A DNA stretch of 62,949 nucleotides, filler included. It is 7 parts of 7 records of this genome, joined end to end, with 100 filler letters (N's around TTAATTAATTAA, not from the genome) between each part and the next. Parts side by side here need not be neighbours in the genome. Positions count along the whole stretch, not along the records: positions 13,123 to 25,343 come from SRR31156797_17109; positions 25,444 to 32,374 come from SRR31156797_17125; 5 more parts are not named here. The stretch is one strand, 5' to 3'. Below the pieces are notes generated by a model, which saw only the letters and a program-made list of their open reading frames with translations, was not told the origin of the DNA and made no database searches. This document shows positions 18,122-28,218 of the stretch, one piece after another; within the stretch, counting starts at the first letter, position 1; every line of letters begins with the position of its first letter. Position numbers and translations under genes: made by a program.

Positions 18122-19216
18122 ATGAATATTTTAAAGACATCAGTATTTTTTGTGTTTGTATTATTTTTACTAGGCATAACAGCCAAAGGTCAAACAAAAT
18201 TCAGACCCGGGCAAATATGGTACGACACTGACGGGAATCCGATTAACGCGCACGGAGGTGGAATTCTGTTTCACCAGGGAACGTATTATTGGTATGGAGA
18301 AATTAAAGAAGGAAAAACCTATACTCCCGATTGTAATAAAAGTTGGGGAGGTACCCGGGTTGATGTAACCGGAGTTTCCTGTTATTCATCAACCGATCTT
18401 TTAAACTGGAAATACGAAGGCAATGTTTTGCCTGCCGTAAAAAACGATATCATGCATGATTTACATACGAGCAAGGTGGTTGAACGCCCAAAAGTGGTGT
18501 ATAATGCCAAAACCAACAAGTTTGTAATGTGGATGCATATTGATAGCAAGGATTACAAAAAAGCAAGCAGTGGTGTTGCGGTAAGCGATAGTCCTGCTGG
18601 CCCTTTTACATATATTCAAAGTATCCGCCCTAATGCCAAACAATGGCCGGTTAATGTGTACGAAGAAGATAAAAAGAACAGCAAACTCACCGACGATTTT
18701 GAAGGTGGTCAAATGACCCGCGACATGACTGTTTTTGTTGATGATAACGGTAAAGCGTATCATTTTTATTCGTCGGAAAACAATGCCACACACCATATCG
18801 CCGAGTTATCTGACGATTATTTGAGCCATACAGGAAAATATAAACGGGTTTTTATAAAGCGTTCGATGGAAGCTCCGGCTATTTTTAAAAATAACGGGAA
18901 ATATTATTTCATTGCTTCGGGGTGTACCGGTTGGGATCCAAATGCTGCCCGCATGGCGGTATCGGAATCAGTTTGGGGACCGTGGGAAGAAATTGGTAAT
19001 CCGTGTGTGGGAGAAGATGCCGAACTTACTTTTAATTCGCAGAGTACCTTCGTTTTAAAAGTGGGAGGAAAAGATGGGGCATTTATTTTTATGGCCGACA
19101 GGTGGAATAAAGATAATTTAGAAGACTCGAGATATGTTTGGCTTCCATTAGAATTTAATAACAAGCTTCCTGTGATAAAGTGGTACGAAGAATGGGATTT
19201 ACCGGTTTTTAATTGA
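18122..19216 (+). CDS. GH43 glycoside hydrolase (resembles GH43_24 exo-beta-1,3-galactanase)
   Basis: INAHGGG, YYWYGE, VERPKV, RDMTVFVDD, EAPA, GCTGWDPN, TFNSQST, YVWLPL. Subfamily is an inference. Confidence 0.85.
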   Translation: MNILKTSVFFVFVLFLLGITAKGQTKFRPGQIWYDTDGNPINAHGGGILFHQGTYYWYGEIKEGKTYTPDCNKSWGGTRVDVTGVSCYSSTDLLNWKYEGNVLPAVKNDIMHDLHTSKVVERPKVVYNAKTNKFVMWMHIDSKDYKKASSGVAVSDSPAGPFTYIQSIRPNAKQWPVNVYEEDKKNSKLTDDFEGGQMTRDMTVFVDDNGKAYHFYSSENNATHHIAELSDDYLSHTGKYKRVFIKRSMEAPAIFKNNGKYYFIASGCTGWDPNAARMAVSESVWGPWEEIGNPCVGEDAELTFNSQSTFVLKVGGKDGAFIFMADRWNKDNLEDSRYVWLPLEFNNKLPVIKWYEEWDLPVFN

Positions 19217-19218
19217 TT

Positions 19219-21414
19219 ATGCAAAGAATAAAGCTCATACTCTTTTTTATTTTTTCACTGCTTGCAGGTTGGGCTATTGCGCAACAACCGGCAAAACCAA
19301 ATGTGATAATAATACTTGCCGATGATTTGGGATACGGTGACGTTGGTTTTAACAGCTGTTTAGATATTCCTACTCCGAATATTGACAAAATTGCCACCAA
19401 CGGTGTTCGTTTTACAAATGCTTATGTAAGTTATTCGGTATGTGGACCGAGCCGCGCCGGCTTGATTACCGGCCGATATCAGGATCGATTTGGTTTCGGA
19501 CGTAATCCGCTTTTGGCTCCCAAAGATACAGCTCAGGGTTTGCCATCTTCTGAAGAAACGCTGGCATCGGCCTTAAAAAAAGCAGACTATAAAAGTATGG
19601 CGCTTGGGAAATGGCACCTTGGCGCTCACGAATCACAATATCCTTTAAAAAGAGGTTTCGACGAATTTTTTGGATTTTTAGGAGGCGGGCACGAATATTT
19701 TCCGGACGCATGGACATTAAACGATTTATCAGAAATTAAACAACAGTTTGATGGGTATAAAACTAAATTAATGCGCAATAATGGCCGCGTTGATGAAAAC
19801 GAATACCTGACCGATGCGCTGACACGGGAGGCTGTTTCGTTTGTTGAACGGAATTCCGGCGAACCGTTTTTTATGTACCTGGCTTATAATGCACCTCATA
19901 CTCCGCTTCAGGCTTCAACAAAGTATCTTAACAGGTTCGACCATATAAAGGATGAGAAACGTAAAATTTATGCTGCCATGGTTAGTGCAGTTGACGATGG
20001 TGTTGGTGCTCTTGTTGGAAAACTAAGGCAACTTGGAATTGAAGAGAATACAATGATATTTTTTTTATCGGATAATGGCGGACCGGAATACCATAATGCA
20101 TCGGATAACGGACCGCTAAGAGATGGCAAAGGAAGTTTGTTCGAAGGAGGAATCCGGATACCCTTTGCAATGCAATGGACTGGATATTTACCCAAAGGAT
20201 TAGTATATCATCAGCCGGTTATTTCTCTCGATATTTTTGCAACTGCGGTTCATTATGCACAGGTTCTGCCAAAAAATAAAATTGATGGTGTAAATCTAAT
20301 TCCTTTTATTAATGGCGAAAATAAAGGAAAACCACACGAGTCGCTTTATTGGCGAAAGTTCGATCAGAAATCGTTCGCAATCCGCCATGGAGAACTTAAA
20401 CTCGTTAAGTACAAAACAGAAACAGAACACCTTTATAATTTGACTGAAGATATTGGTGAACAAAACAAACTGCCTACGCAGGAAGAGAAAGTCCTTCTGA
20501 AAACAATGTTTAATAACTGGAATTCAGAGATTACAGATCCTGCATTTTTAGGATTAGTTCACGACAAAAAATATTCAGCCCTTCATCCTGATCGTTTTAA
20601 GCTGGTTAATCCTTATCGCCCCGACAGCTTGCTCCCAAAAATACCCGAAGGCTATGAGTTAACCTGGTCTGATGAATTTAATACCGATGGCAAACCCGAT
20701 GAAAGATACTGGTCGTACGAAACCGGTTTTATACGTAACCACGAATTACAGTGGTACCAGTCCGACAATGCAAATGTAATAAACGGAGTTTTAGTTATCG
20801 AAGGTAAAAACGAAAGAGTTAAGAACCCGGCGTATAAGGCCGAAAGTAAAAACTGGAAACTAAACAGGGAGTACGCCGAATATACTTCGGCCTGTATTAA
20901 AACCCGTAATAAATTCTCATTCAAATACGGTATTATGGAAGTTCGGGCCCGTATTGATACAAGTATTGGTTTATGGCCTGCCATCTGGACTTTGGGTGAA
21001 CATAATCCGTGGCCGGCAAATGGTGAAGTGGATCAATTGGAATACTATCGGTACGAAGGAAAAGCTGTAATACTTGCGAATGCAGCCTGGGCCGACTCGC
21101 AAAATAAAGCCGTTTGGGATTCTGAAAAAATCCCCTTGTCTTATTTCATAAATAAACAACCCGACTGGTTAGAAAGGTTTCATATATGGAAAATGGAATG
21201 GAACGAAGACCATATTCGTCTATATCTCGATGATGAATTATTGAATGAGATTGATTTAAAAACATCGTTAAATCCCGATGGCAGAAGTCCTTTTCATCAA
21301 GCGCAATATATTCTTTTAAATCAGGCAATTGGCTCCAATGGAGGAGATCCGGGGAATACCACATTTCCCCGTAAATACGAAATTGACTATGTGCGTGTAT
21401 TTCAAAAGAAATAA
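19219..21414 (+). CDS. S1 sulfatase - GH16 fusion
   Basis: N-terminal PNVIIILADDLG, CGPSRAGLITGRY, GKWHLG, SDNGG. C-terminal GH16: WSDEFN, KYGIMEVRAR, WPAIWTLG, GEVDQLE, IDYVRVFQ. Confidence 0.92.
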   Translation: MQRIKLILFFIFSLLAGWAIAQQPAKPNVIIILADDLGYGDVGFNSCLDIPTPNIDKIATNGVRFTNAYVSYSVCGPSRAGLITGRYQDRFGFGRNPLLAPKDTAQGLPSSEETLASALKKADYKSMALGKWHLGAHESQYPLKRGFDEFFGFLGGGHEYFPDAWTLNDLSEIKQQFDGYKTKLMRNNGRVDENEYLTDALTREAVSFVERNSGEPFFMYLAYNAPHTPLQASTKYLNRFDHIKDEKRKIYAAMVSAVDDGVGALVGKLRQLGIEENTMIFFLSDNGGPEYHNASDNGPLRDGKGSLFEGGIRIPFAMQWTGYLPKGLVYHQPVISLDIFATAVHYAQVLPKNKIDGVNLIPFINGENKGKPHESLYWRKFDQKSFAIRHGELKLVKYKTETEHLYNLTEDIGEQNKLPTQEEKVLLKTMFNNWNSEITDPAFLGLVHDKKYSALHPDRFKLVNPYRPDSLLPKIPEGYELTWSDEFNTDGKPDERYWSYETGFIRNHELQWYQSDNANVINGVLVIEGKNERVKNPAYKAESKNWKLNREYAEYTSACIKTRNKFSFKYGIMEVRARIDTSIGLWPAIWTLGEHNPWPANGEVDQLEYYRYEGKAVILANAAWADSQNKAVWDSEKIPLSYFINKQPDWLERFHIWKMEWNEDHIRLYLDDELLNEIDLKTSLNPDGRSPFHQAQYILLNQAIGSNGGDPGNTTFPRKYEIDYVRVFQKK

Positions 21415-21454
21415 TTTTTTACAAAAAAACCCGGAATCTGAAAAATAACTAAAA

Positions 21455-22894
21455 ATGAAATACCTAACCTATCTTTTTATTTTTATCCTTTTTGTGGCAA
21501 CAAGTTGTAAACAAAATACGCCTCCGAAAGAAAAACCAAACGTCATTGTAATGTTAATCGACGATGCTGGTTACGCCGATTTTGGATTCGCAGGAAGTAA
21601 CGATTTAAAAACACCAAATATTGATAAACTTGCCGCCAACGGTATTGTTTTTTCCGATGCCCATGTAACAGCAACAGTTTGCGGACCAAGCAGGGCTGGT
21701 TTAATAACGGGGCGTTATCAGCAACGTTTTGGATTTGAGTGTAATCCCTCTGAAAATTTTACCGGTATCAACTTAAACGAGAGCACCATAGCTGATGCAA
21801 TGAAGCAGGCCGGTTATAAGACGGCTGCTTTTGGCAAATGGCATTTAGGCAATAATCCCGAATACAGGCCTAATTCCAGGGGTTTTGATTATTTCTGGGG
21901 CTTCCTTGCCGGCTCAAGAAGTTATTTTAGGAACGACAAAGAAGATCAGGAAGGCGAAAATCATTCAATAAGAGAAAATGACAGATTTACAACTTTTGAT
22001 GGATATCTTACAGATTGCTTAGCAAAGAAGACTGTAGATTTTATTGAAAATAATAAGGATGATCCATTTTTTATTTATTGGTCACCCAATGCTGTTCATA
22101 CCCCAATGGAAGCTACTGGAGAAGATATGAAACGGTTTAAATCTCATCCCCGTCAGAAACTTGCCGCCATGACATGGGCTCTTGACCGCGCCGTAGGAAA
22201 TATTATATCGAAACTTGAACAGGAGGACTTGTTTGATAATACACTAATTTTCTTTTTAAGCGATAATGGAGGAGCGCATAACAACCAATCGTCTAATTAT
22301 CCTCTAAAAGGATTTAAAGGAAATAAATTCGAGGGAGGTCATAGAGTGCCGTTTTTTGTTCATTGGCCTGCAAAGTTCTCAAAAGGTAGGTATAACGAAT
22401 TGATATCGTCACTTGATATTTTTGCTACCTCAATAGCTGTAACAGGGGAAAGTGTTGAAACCAATAAACCTCTTGATGGTGTTAACCTTATTCCTTACCT
22501 CGAAGAAGAAAAAACCGGTGCCCCGCATGAGCTATTGTTTTGGAGGAAAGATAAAATGGCTGCCATGAGAGATTCTGAATTAAAAATGGTTCGAGTTGAA
22601 CAGCTGGGGTACCGCTTATACGATTTAAATAAAGATTTGGGTGAACAAATTGATTTAAGTTTAAAAGAGAAAGATAAGTTGGCAGGGATGAAGCAGGAAA
22701 TGAATAAATGGGAAGAAGAACTGGCGACATCTCTTTGGACCGAAGGCGAAATTTGGGATACAATTACCTGGATGATACACGAAGATTTATTTAATAACAA
22801 TGATATTCGAGTTGCTTCGCCCTTGGAATTGAATAAATACCTCGAAAATAAAAACAGCATTTTAAGTAATTTAGAAACAACTTTCGCTCAATAA
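21455..22894 (+). CDS. S1 (Cys-type) sulfatase, lipoprotein
   Basis: Lipobox ATSC, PNVIVMLIDDAG, CGPSRAGLITGRY, GKWHLG, SDNGG. Confidence 0.93.
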   Translation: MKYLTYLFIFILFVATSCKQNTPPKEKPNVIVMLIDDAGYADFGFAGSNDLKTPNIDKLAANGIVFSDAHVTATVCGPSRAGLITGRYQQRFGFECNPSENFTGINLNESTIADAMKQAGYKTAAFGKWHLGNNPEYRPNSRGFDYFWGFLAGSRSYFRNDKEDQEGENHSIRENDRFTTFDGYLTDCLAKKTVDFIENNKDDPFFIYWSPNAVHTPMEATGEDMKRFKSHPRQKLAAMTWALDRAVGNIISKLEQEDLFDNTLIFFLSDNGGAHNNQSSNYPLKGFKGNKFEGGHRVPFFVHWPAKFSKGRYNELISSLDIFATSIAVTGESVETNKPLDGVNLIPYLEEEKTGAPHELLFWRKDKMAAMRDSELKMVRVEQLGYRLYDLNKDLGEQIDLSLKEKDKLAGMKQEMNKWEEELATSLWTEGEIWDTITWMIHEDLFNNNDIRVASPLELNKYLENKNSILSNLETTFAQ

Positions 22895-22934
22895 CAGATG
22901 CATCAACTTTTCAATAAAATATTAATTCATTATT

Positions 22935-24452
22935 ATGAAAAATCTAATACTATTCGTAATCATAATAGTTCTTTCGGCATGTAATATGCACAAAAGCTCT
23001 TCAGAGCATAAAATATTTAATAAGCCAAACATAATAATTGTTTATACTGACGATGTGGGATATGCAGATATTGGTATAAATGGGGCTATTGGCGTTAAAA
23101 CCCCAAACATAGATCGTATAGCAAATAAGGGGCTAAATTTTACTGATGCTCATTGTTCTGCTTCAACATGTACTCCTTCCCGTTTTTCTTTACTAACAGG
23201 AAGCTATGCTTTTAGGGGAGATGCGTCTATTTTACCGGGCGATGCCCCTTTGGTGATCGATCTCGAAAAGGGGACCTTGCCGGGTATGCTCCAAAAAGCC
23301 GGATATAAGACTGCTGTAGTTGGGAAATGGCATTTGGGATTGGGAAATGGGAATATTGACTGGAATAAAGAGATTATTCCTGGAGCAAAGGAAGTTGGAT
23401 TTGATTATAGTTTTATTATTCCGGCAACTCCGGATCGAGTACCATGTGTTTTTGTAGAAAATAACTTGGTTGTAGATCTTGAAAAAGATGATCCAATAGA
23501 AGTAAATTATTCAAAAAACATAGGTGGTTGGCCCTCTGGAACAGAATATCCCGAACTTATGAAGGTTGGGGCTGATAAACAACACTCAGGCTCTATAATA
23601 AATGGGGTTAGCAGAATTGGTTATATGAAAGGAGGGGAAAAAGCACTTTGGGTTGATGAAGACTTTCCGTTCGTTTTAACTGAAAAAGCCAGAAATTTTA
23701 TCAACGCAAATAGAAAACATCCATTCTTTCTTTATTTCGCGATTCCTGATATTCATGTTCCTCGTATGCCGAATGCCAAATTTGCGGGAACAAGTACTAT
23801 GGGGGCACGAGGTGATGCAATTATTGAAACAGATTGGTATGTCGGACAATTGATGAAACAACTAGAAGATCTTGGCCTTACACATAATACCTTAGTTATT
23901 TTTTCAAGTGATAATGGACCTATTCTTGATGATGGATATGATGATCAGGCTATTGAATTATTGGGCAACCATAAGCCTTCCGGGCCATTTCGTGGAGCTA
24001 AATATTCAATTTTTGAAGCGGGCACACGAGTTCCAACATTTCTATACTGGCCCGAACATGTTAAATCTGGAACCAGTCCTGCACTATTGTCTCATGTCGA
24101 CTTGTATGCATCGCTTGCAAAGCTGGTAGGTCAGGAAATTAAACCGGGCGATGCGCCAGACAGTGAGGAACATTTGGATGCTTGGTTAGGAAAAACAGAA
24201 AATGGAAGACAATTTATGCTGGAAGAATCCTATACATTTGGATTACGAATGAACCACTGGAAATATATTAAACCCCAGAAAGGAGGTACCCCCGAATGGA
24301 TGATAAACAAAAAAATTGAGAGTGGGATGTCGGATAAGGCTCAACTTTACAACCTGAAAGATGATATTGGAGAAACAACAAATCTGATTTCAAAGCATCC
24401 TGATGTGGAAAAAGTTATGGAAGAAAAACTTAAGCAAATATTAAATGATTAG
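22935..24452 (+). CDS. S1 (Cys-type) sulfatase, lipoprotein
   Basis: Lipobox LSAC, CTPSRFSLLTG, GKWHLGLG, HVPR, SDNGP. Confidence 0.93.
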   Translation: MKNLILFVIIIVLSACNMHKSSSEHKIFNKPNIIIVYTDDVGYADIGINGAIGVKTPNIDRIANKGLNFTDAHCSASTCTPSRFSLLTGSYAFRGDASILPGDAPLVIDLEKGTLPGMLQKAGYKTAVVGKWHLGLGNGNIDWNKEIIPGAKEVGFDYSFIIPATPDRVPCVFVENNLVVDLEKDDPIEVNYSKNIGGWPSGTEYPELMKVGADKQHSGSIINGVSRIGYMKGGEKALWVDEDFPFVLTEKARNFINANRKHPFFLYFAIPDIHVPRMPNAKFAGTSTMGARGDAIIETDWYVGQLMKQLEDLGLTHNTLVIFSSDNGPILDDGYDDQAIELLGNHKPSGPFRGAKYSIFEAGTRVPTFLYWPEHVKSGTSPALLSHVDLYASLAKLVGQEIKPGDAPDSEEHLDAWLGKTENGRQFMLEESYTFGLRMNHWKYIKPQKGGTPEWMINKKIESGMSDKAQLYNLKDDIGETTNLISKHPDVEKVMEEKLKQILND

Positions 24453-25343
24453 GTCAGTAATAAACCAACGAATTAATATTAAAATACATTATTCTGCTTT
24501 TTGTTTTGTTGCTGCCTTATTATTAGCAATAGCATCTTGTAAATCAACTCAATCAGAACTAAAGCCTAATATTTTATTTATTTTGGCAGATGATTTAGGT
24601 TATACCGATTTAAGTTGCATGGGAAGCAATTTTTACGAAACACCAAATATCGACGGTTTAGCTAACCAAAGTATAATATTTACTAACGGTTATGCAACTT
24701 GTCAGGTTTGTAGTCCCTCACGAGCAAGTATTCTTACCGGAAAATTTCCTGCACGTCACGGGATTACAAACTGGATTGGGGAGAAATCTGGAAAAGATTG
24801 GAGAACGATGGGACGCTATTCGAAGTTATTACCCGCACAGTATCAACACAATTTGTGTAAAGAATATACTACCTTGCCCGAAGCTTTAAAGCAGGTGGGA
24901 TATAAAACTTTTTTTGCCGGGAAATGGCATTTGGGAGGAAAAGGCTCGTGGCCAACGGATCATGGATTTGAAATTAATAAAGGAGGTTGGGATTCTGGAA
25001 GCCCAAAAGGAGGCTATTTCTCACCTTATAGAAATCCCAATCTCCCCGATGGCTCAAATGGAGAAAACCTGCAAATGAGGCTGGCAAACGAAACTGTAAA
25101 ATTTATTGAAGCAAACAAAGACGAACCCTTCTTTGCATTCTTGTCATTTTATGCAGTTCACGGACCAATTCAAACAACAAAAGACAAATGGATTAGGTAT
25201 AGGAACAAAGTAGAGAAAATGGGAATCGATTCTATTGGTTTTTCTATGGAACGCAGACTTCCTTATCGTTTGCATCAGGATAATCCTGTTTATGCCGGAT
25301 TAATAGAATCGATGGACAATGCCGTTGGTATTATTTTAGATGC
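24445..25343 (+). CDS. S1 (Cys-type) sulfatase, 3'-truncated
   Basis: PNILFILADDLG, CSPSRASILTGK, GKWHLG, FYAVHGPIQ. Runs into the linker. Confidence 0.92.
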
Positions 25344-25443
25344 NNNNNNNNNNNNNNNNNNNNNNNNNNNNNNNNNNNNNNNNNNNNTTAATTAATTAAN
25401 NNNNNNNNNNNNNNNNNNNNNNNNNNNNNNNNNNNNNNNNNNN
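25344..25443. other. Artificial contig linker
   Basis: N44-TTAATTAATTAA-N44. Confidence 0.98.
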
Positions 25444-25444
25444 A

Positions 25445-26155
25445 AATACGGCTGAAATAAGAAACGGATGGATAAAACCCGGTGGCGAAAATTCGGAACT
25501 GCAAAAAAACGACGATAAATTTGAACTGACCACACGTTTTGGAGTAAGTGCTTTTAAAAAATGGTATTATAGTGCTGAATTAAACTATGAGACTCAGTTT
25601 TTTAAAGGGTATACATATCCCACTTCCGATAACCCTGACCCGATTTCGGCTTTTATGGCACCGGCAAAAACATTCATTAAAATTGGTCTTAATTATAAAC
25701 CCAATCAGGATTTTTCGTTATTGCTTTCGCCGTTAACCGTAAAAAATGTTTATGTGCGTGATACAATTTTAATCGATCAGACAAAATTTGGTGTCGATGC
25801 CGGAAGGAAGAGTTTTTGGGAACCGGGTTTAAATGCCGATTTGTTGTATAAGAAGCTCATAACAAAGGATATAACATACGAAACAAAATATAAAATGTTC
25901 ATTAATTATAAGGAGCCGTTTCGCAAGTTCGATATCAACTGGGAAAATAAAGTGGTTATGAAATTAACCGACTACATTAATATGCAAATGATGTTGCATC
26001 TGGTTTACGATGACGATGTTTTGTTTCCGGTCTACGATGATAATGATGTAAAAATAGGAGAGGAACCCAAACTTCAACTAAAACAGTTAATTACGGTTGG
26101 CTTTTCATACAAAATTAACCGAAATGTGCTGCGCACAAAACGGGTAAGATTATAG
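25445..26155 (+). CDS. DUF3078-like outer-membrane beta-barrel protein (5'-truncated)
   Basis: Frame open from 25445 (NTAEIRNGW...KNDDKFE...TQFFKGY...FMAPA), SPLTVK, DINWEN, LVYDDD, LQLKQLITVGFSY. Confidence 0.8.
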   Translation, partial: NTAEIRNGWIKPGGENSELQKNDDKFELTTRFGVSAFKKWYYSAELNYETQFFKGYTYPTSDNPDPISAFMAPAKTFIKIGLNYKPNQDFSLLLSPLTVKNVYVRDTILIDQTKFGVDAGRKSFWEPGLNADLLYKKLITKDITYETKYKMFINYKEPFRKFDINWENKVVMKLTDYINMQMMLHLVYDDDVLFPVYDDNDVKIGEEPKLQLKQLITVGFSYKINRNVLRTKRVRL

Positions 26156-26332
26156 AATATTTTTTTTGGCAGAAGGGAATTTGTTTAAATAATTGTTGCT
26201 GTAATTTCTGAAAATCATTAAAATATAGGTAATTAAATAACGAATAAACGGTGCTCAAAGCTAAATGCCATTCCCCCGAATAATTTACGATGATTTATAT
26301 TTAAGTTATCAACGACTTAAATTCGTATTGTT

Positions 26333-26566
26333 TTATAATAATTTGTCTAATTCGGCGGCCATTTTATAATCTTGTTCTGTAACTTTATTTTCGGAATGTG
26401 TAAAAAGTATAATCTTTACTTTTTTATACGAATGAATTAAAATGTCGGGATGATGATTAAGTTTTTCAGTAATTAGGGCAACAGAATTTACAAATTCTAT
26501 GGCACTTTTAAAATCTGAAAAACTAAATTCTTTAATTAATTTTTTATCGACTTTTCTCCAATTCAT
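26333..26566 (-). CDS. phhB: Pterin-4-alpha-carbinolamine dehydratase
   Basis: FSDFKSAIEFVN, NHHPDI, LFTHS, VTEQDYKMA. Confidence 0.9.
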   Translation of the reverse strand: MNWRKVDKKLIKEFSFSDFKSAIEFVNSVALITEKLNHHPDILIHSYKKVKIILFTHSENKVTEQDYKMAAELDKLL

Positions 26567-27873
26567 TTCCTGTTAATTATAATTTTTTTAGTTGTCGATT
26601 TATTGTTTTTTGTAACTATTCGAATATGGTAAATTCCATTTGTTAAGTGCTGTAAGTTAAGGTTGTAACTGTTTTTGCAGTTTGTGGCCTGAATTTCCAG
26701 TTTTCCTGAACTATTATAAACAAAGGCATCGAAGTTTTGGTTAGGAAACAAAACCCTACAAAAATCTTCAGCCGGATTTGGATAGATATTTACTTCCGTT
26801 TTTACTTCTTGCGTTATTGATGTAATTGTACAATCAAGGTTATTTATTTTTTCCCAAAGTAAATTTATAAAAGTTACCGCCAGTTCATCTTCTCCGGGAT
26901 TATCCCCAATTCTAACAACTACCAAATTTTCGCTGGGAATTATTTGTATTATTTGTCCGTTTTTTCCCAGGGCAGAAAACATGTCGGTTGGTGCATTTGG
27001 AATTAATGAACCTGAAAAAACGTATTGTAATCCGGGGAGCATAAAAGAAGATTTTCCGTTTAACCACCATAAATAACCATACGATGGATTAAGTTCTTGC
27101 GAAGAATTTATCATTTGATTATAATATACAGTATCTGTTAAAACCGGGTTCCCATTCCATTTTCCCTTGTTTAACATTAATAATCCGAAGCGAGCCATGC
27201 TAATTGGTTTGCTGTAAAAAACATTATTGTCGCCTGTAGGAACGAATATTCCCGTTATTCCGGTTATATTTTTTAGTTTTTGTGTAATATATAAATTAAG
27301 ACTTTTACCGGTTGACTTTTCAATTACTTCATCGAGCAAAGTGTACGGCGCATTGTGGTATGCCCAGCGGGTGCCGGCATCGGCTAAATAAATTAAACAC
27401 GAGTCGTAAGTACAGTACGAATTTTGTACCTGATCGTCTAATCCTGTGGTCATAGTTAGCTGGTTCCAAATTGTAATATTATTTTCCTGTTCTAAAGTAC
27501 AATTACTCCACCCGTTTCCTAAATAATCGGAAGTTTTATCAGAAACAGATAAATAATTTTCCTGTTGCGCAATTCCCACCATAAACGAGGTAAGCGATTT
27601 CCCGGCAGAAGCCCAATACCAAACACTATCTTTTGTGAAGGTTCCAAAATATTTTTCAATTACAATTTTCCCATCTTTAAGTATAATAAATGCCTTTGAA
27701 TTTTTTTCTTCCAGGTAATTTAGTAAATCATCTATGTTTTCAGTACACCAGTTTAAAGAATCGGGGGAAAGTGTCTCCCAGTTATCATTGTCGGAAGGAG
27801 GAAAATATAATGATTGTGCTTTTAATTCAAAGCAAACAAAAAACAGGGTTATAATCAGGAGTAATCTATTCAT
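26563..27873 (-). CDS. Beta-lactamase-fold serine hydrolase with T9SS C-terminal sorting domain
   Basis: SxxK (WASAGKS), LTMTTGL, YHN, YGYLWW, ALGKNGQ. C-terminal IYPNPA...LTNGIYHIRI...KKIII. Confidence 0.9.
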   Translation of the reverse strand: MNRLLLIITLFFVCFELKAQSLYFPPSDNDNWETLSPDSLNWCTENIDDLLNYLEEKNSKAFIILKDGKIVIEKYFGTFTKDSVWYWASAGKSLTSFMVGIAQQENYLSVSDKTSDYLGNGWSNCTLEQENNITIWNQLTMTTGLDDQVQNSYCTYDSCLIYLADAGTRWAYHNAPYTLLDEVIEKSTGKSLNLYITQKLKNITGITGIFVPTGDNNVFYSKPISMARFGLLMLNKGKWNGNPVLTDTVYYNQMINSSQELNPSYGYLWWLNGKSSFMLPGLQYVFSGSLIPNAPTDMFSALGKNGQIIQIIPSENLVVVRIGDNPGEDELAVTFINLLWEKINNLDCTITSITQEVKTEVNIYPNPAEDFCRVLFPNQNFDAFVYNSSGKLEIQATNCKNSYNLNLQHLTNGIYHIRIVTKNNKSTTKKIIINRK

Positions 27874-27924
27874 TTAAATGATTTAACGGGGTAAAATGTA
27901 CAATTTGTCCTGTTAGCTAAAATA

Positions 27925-28095
27925 CTAAAAAGTTTTAAGTGCCGACACAATAGAAAAAAGATCTGCGGTTGCAGGTCTTACAATCTCTTCATCCTCGGGG
28001 TCAATACCTGGAGTTGATACTTCAAATGCTGTCATTATAATGAATATGAATGCAAATAAAGTTATAACTGTTCCTGTAAATTTGTTACATTTCAT
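27925..28095 (-). CDS. Putative 56-aa single-TM/secreted small protein (below ORF-track cutoff)
   Basis: Translated by hand: MKCNKFTGTVITLFAFIFIIMTAFEVSTPGIDPEDEEIVRPATADLFSIVSALKTF*. Co-oriented with its neighbours. Confidence 0.5.
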   Translation of the reverse strand: MKCNKFTGTVITLFAFIFIIMTAFEVSTPGIDPEDEEIVRPATADLFSIVSALKTF

Positions 28096-28218
28096 AGATT
28101 TCCTGTTTGTTATCTTTCTCTATTATTGTAACAAATACAGGCTACATGAAAATTCTCTTAAGATATTGGATGTAAGATTTTAATATCGAAAATGGGCCTA
28201 AATATTTTTAATAAAAGA

